In this document: positions 59,214-64,000 of the stretch, one piece after another
Layout: each line of letters starts with the position of its first letter
How positions within the stretch are numbered: position 1 is the stretch's first letter
Assembly: GCA_963665125.2 (NCBI GenBank)
Contig: CAXXUK010000001.1
Span: forward strand, 3,328,001-3,392,000
Source: an uncultured Desulfarculus sp.
Lineage (GTDB): Bacteria > Desulfobacterota > Desulfarculia > Desulfarculales > Desulfarculaceae
DNA: 64,000 nt
Reading direction: 5' to 3'
The notes under the pieces: generated by a model
What the model was told of the DNA's origin: nothing
The model's input: only the letters and a program-made list of their open reading frames with translations
The model's database searches: none
Made by a program: the position numbers and the translations under genes

Positions 59214-60427
59214 TGAAATGCATCCTTTTTGTGGACGACGAAGCAAAGGTCCTCGATGGCCTCAGGCGCATGCTGCGGCCCAAACGAAAAAAATGGGATA
59301 TGGCCTTTGTCCAAAGCGCTCGGGAGGCCCTGGAGGTATTGGAGAAAACCCCCTTTGATATTATCGTCACGGATATGCGGATGCCCGGCATGGACGGGGC
59401 CGATCTATTGGAAATTGTCAGGAAGCGCTATCCGTCAATGGTCCGCATCGTTCTCTCGGGCCATTCCGAACACGAAAACATTATGAGATCAGTGCGCCCG
59501 GCCCACCAATACCTGGCCAAACCCGTCGGCCAGGAAGAACTGGAAAAAGTCCTGAACGCCGCCCTGCAACTCCATGGAGTGTTAGGTGATCCCAACCTGA
59601 TTGAAATCTTGGGAAAGGCCGAGTCGCTTCCGTCACTGCCCCAGACCTACGCCAGTCTGGTGGATGCGATGGAGTCTGAAGAATGCTCCCTGGAAGAAAT
59701 CGGGAAAATCATTGAACAAGATCTGGGCATGACCGCCACCCTGCTCAAAGTGGTCAATTCGGCGTTTTTCGGCCTGCCGCGCAAAATTTCTTCCCCGGCC
59801 CAGGCCGCAAGCCTGCTTGGTCTGGATATTTTACGTTCACTGGTGTTGTCGTATCAGCTGTTCAGCACGTTCGAGTTAAAAAATACCCGGCATTTTTCCT
59901 TTGACGGCCTGTGGCGTCACAGCACCACGGTGGGCTCCATGGCCAAGAAAATAGCTCAAACCGAAGACATGGACAAAGTGCTGGTGGACGAGGCGTTCAT
60001 GGCCGGTATTCTGCACGACGTTGGCAAGCTGATTCTGTATCACTTCACGCCCAAACGTTACGGCGAGGTCATAGAACATGTCAGAAACGACAGCGGAACG
60101 GTATTTCAAATTGAAAAAAGGGGGTTTGGCACCAGCCATGCCCAGGTGGGTGCGTTTCTGATGGGGCTTTGGGGCATGTCGGAAAACGTGGTGCAGTCCA
60201 TTGCCTTTCACCACAATCCGGGCGACTGGGAGCCCCAGGAACTGGGTCTTCACAGCATCGTGCATGCTGCCAACGTATTCGAGCACGAACTTCGAGTGGT
60301 CCATAAGCACTACAGGATTCCGGAGTTGGATATGGATCATTTCAACGCAATAGGGCTTGCCGGCAAGCTTGACGCCTGGCGGGAGCAATGCCAATTACTG
60401 GTGAACAACGGAGGCCCTCTTGATTGA
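59210..60427 (+). CDS. REC-HDOD response regulator
   Basis: REC plus LPSLP, VNSAFFG, LWRHS, LHDVGKL. Confidence 0.9.
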   Translation: MMKCILFVDDEAKVLDGLRRMLRPKRKKWDMAFVQSAREALEVLEKTPFDIIVTDMRMPGMDGADLLEIVRKRYPSMVRIVLSGHSEHENIMRSVRPAHQYLAKPVGQEELEKVLNAALQLHGVLGDPNLIEILGKAESLPSLPQTYASLVDAMESEECSLEEIGKIIEQDLGMTATLLKVVNSAFFGLPRKISSPAQAASLLGLDILRSLVLSYQLFSTFELKNTRHFSFDGLWRHSTTVGSMAKKIAQTEDMDKVLVDEAFMAGILHDVGKLILYHFTPKRYGEVIEHVRNDSGTVFQIEKRGFGTSHAQVGAFLMGLWGMSENVVQSIAFHHNPGDWEPQELGLHSIVHAANVFEHELRVVHKHYRIPELDMDHFNAIGLAGKLDAWREQCQLLVNNGGPLD

Positions 60428-61565
60428 TAAAAAGCCCCCCGAAAAAGTGCTGCTGGTGGATGATGAAATCAATATCCTGGAATCTTTCAGGCGCCAGTTG
60501 CACGGCCGCTTCAAGGTGACCACCGCCGAAGGGCCGGTCAATGCCCAAAAAATATTCCGGGAGCAAGGCCCTTTCGCGGTGGTGGTCTCGGACATGAAGA
60601 TGCCCGGCATGGACGGAGCCGAACTCCTGGCCTGGGTCCGCGAAAAGTCTCCCAATACGGTAAGGATCATCCTTACCGGCTATTCAGAGATGGACAACGC
60701 CATCAAGGCCATAAACGAAGGCCAGATATTCCGTTTTTTAACCAAGCCGTGCGAACCGGCGGCGTTGATGCGCACCCTGGTGGATGCGATCCGGCAGTAC
60801 CGCCTGGAGATATCCGAACAACAGCTTTTGGAGCAAACCCTTTCGGGGAGCATAAAGGTCCTTACCGATCTGCTGTCGCTGGCCAAGCCCCTGGCCTTTG
60901 GCCGGGCATCCAGGGCGGCCCGCTATATGCACATGGTGGTGAGGGAATTGGAGTTGGACAACCCCTGGCAATACCATACGGCGGCCATGCTTTCCCAGAT
61001 CGGTTGCCTTGAGCTGCCGGACAAACTGTTGCAGCGCGCCTATTCCGGGAAAAAGCTGTCCGAGCCCGAACAAAGGGTTTTCGACCATCATCCCCATACC
61101 GGAGCCAGCCTGCTCCTGAGCATCCCCAGAATGGAGACCGTATGCAAAATTATAGGAGGCCAGGCCGATTACGAGGACTATCTGTGCCGCAGCGGCGGTG
61201 AGGAGCAAAACATCGGCGCCTGCATCCTCAAGGCCGTTCTGGACATGGACACGCTTGAAATCAATGGCATGGCCAAGGCCGAGGCCTTGGCCGAAATGAA
61301 AAAGACCCACGGCCGCTACCACCCTGACGTGTTGATGGCCCTGGAAGAGGTCCTGGGTCTGGAGGCCCACTATATTCCCCGCGAAGTGGACATCAAAGAC
61401 CTCGAAGACCATATGATCCTCAACCAGGACATCACCAAGGACAATCAACTGGTCTTGTCAAAGGGGCAACAGCTCAGCCGCACCCTCATCGTAACCCTGC
61501 GCAGTTACCATTTGGCCAGCCCTCTGGAAGAGCCGATAAAAGTTCTCATTCCCCACAGCGAATGA
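60420..61565 (+). CDS. Response regulator with degenerate HD/HD-GYP-like domain
   Basis: REC plus AAMLSQIG in place of AxLHDIG. Confidence 0.8.
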   Translation: MIDKKPPEKVLLVDDEINILESFRRQLHGRFKVTTAEGPVNAQKIFREQGPFAVVVSDMKMPGMDGAELLAWVREKSPNTVRIILTGYSEMDNAIKAINEGQIFRFLTKPCEPAALMRTLVDAIRQYRLEISEQQLLEQTLSGSIKVLTDLLSLAKPLAFGRASRAARYMHMVVRELELDNPWQYHTAAMLSQIGCLELPDKLLQRAYSGKKLSEPEQRVFDHHPHTGASLLLSIPRMETVCKIIGGQADYEDYLCRSGGEEQNIGACILKAVLDMDTLEINGMAKAEALAEMKKTHGRYHPDVLMALEEVLGLEAHYIPREVDIKDLEDHMILNQDITKDNQLVLSKGQQLSRTLIVTLRSYHLASPLEEPIKVLIPHSE

Positions 61566-61687
61566 GAAACACGGCATTGGTTGACAAAAAATGCCAATGG
61601 GATAACATGCCTACATCAGATGACAATAAGGCCAGGACCGCCTATAACCATATTGATTAACCGTCTTACGAATACGGAGCGCCAGGC

Positions 61688-63391
<1,704 letters not shown>

Positions 63392-63415
63392 CCGAAAAAC
63401 CCTTCCGAATGTTGA

Positions 63416-63448
63416 CCGGGCCTCATACGAGGTCCGGTTTTGTTTTTT
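63416..63448 (+). terminator. Intrinsic terminator after glnS
   Basis: ACCGGGCCTC-ATAC-GAGGTCCGGT then T-rich tail. Confidence 0.75.
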
Positions 63449-63538
63449 CCGAGCCCTGAATTACAACCGTTATGAGCATTGCATTTATCCAAATATTGGA
63501 TGACAATCTTCATGGCTTATGGGAGCAGGAGGGGCGCT

Positions 63539-64000
63539 ATGGACAAGGCACAGGCTCAATTTAAACTACACGAAGGCCTTCCGCGCTGTGGACCGGGCAG
63601 CGACCATGATACGGAGCTGGCCATTGACCTGCTGCCCCCGCTGCCCAAAAACCCGCGCATTGTCGACCTGGGCTGCGGCAACGGACGCCAGACCCTCCTG
63701 CTGGCCCGCCGTCTGGGGCCCGTGGAAGCCGTCGACATCTACCAACCCTATCTGAACCAGTTGCAACAGGCCGCCGCCACCGAGGACTTGGCCGACCGTA
63801 TCACCATACGCTGCGCCGACATGGCCGATCTGGATTATGAGCCGGGCTCCATCGACCTGATCTGGTCCGAGTGCTCCATTCACATGCTGGGCTTCGAACA
63901 GGGCCTCAAATTGTGGCGGCCCTTGTTGAAACGGGGCGGTCTTCTGATGGTCTCCGACCTGACCTGGATGAGCAAGGACCGCTCCTCCAACGTTGCCGAT
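63539..64000 (+). CDS. Class I SAM-dependent methyltransferase, 3'-truncated by window edge
   Basis: LPRCGPGS, IVDLGCGNG, DLIWSE; GGAGG RBS; absent from the ORF track because there is no stop in window. Confidence 0.85.
   Translation, partial: MDKAQAQFKLHEGLPRCGPGSDHDTELAIDLLPPLPKNPRIVDLGCGNGRQTLLLARRLGPVEAVDIYQPYLNQLQQAAATEDLADRITIRCADMADLDYEPGSIDLIWSECSIHMLGFEQGLKLWRPLLKRGGLLMVSDLTWMSKDRSSNVAD

Overview
64 kb of a GC-rich anaerobic bacterium, probably Desulfobacterota (inferred from gene content). Positions 1 to about 8.9 kb are the right part of a markedly AT-richer integrated element. It carries a truncated AAA+ replication-like gene, an origin-like inverted GGGGAC repeat, an XRE regulator, a RuvC/RNase H-fold protein, a DUF2958-like protein, a soluble TraD/VirD4-like ATPase, a complete type II CBASS anti-phage operon (patatin effector, CD-NTase, Cap2, Cap3) and a tandem-HTH gene. 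The element abuts an intact comM, which is followed by an inverted, decayed second comM 3' end, an IS3 element and an IS5 element. The rest looks chromosomal: a diguanylate cyclase, an ABC-F gene with an apparent uORF/terminator attenuator, two sigma28-type FlxA-like genes, DsbD/CcdA, MltD-like transglycosylase, an SLC13 transporter within a two-component cluster, a Tat sulfatase, a symporter-binding-protein fusion, covarying palindromic repeats, a two-gene SufC/SufB system, a frameshifted octaheme cytochrome c with cytochrome b, a MarR module, a hybrid kinase/HDOD cluster and glnS. The most promising leads are the element's core module, the ABC-F leader and the double comM. All family calls come from motif recognition by eye; no database searches were run.
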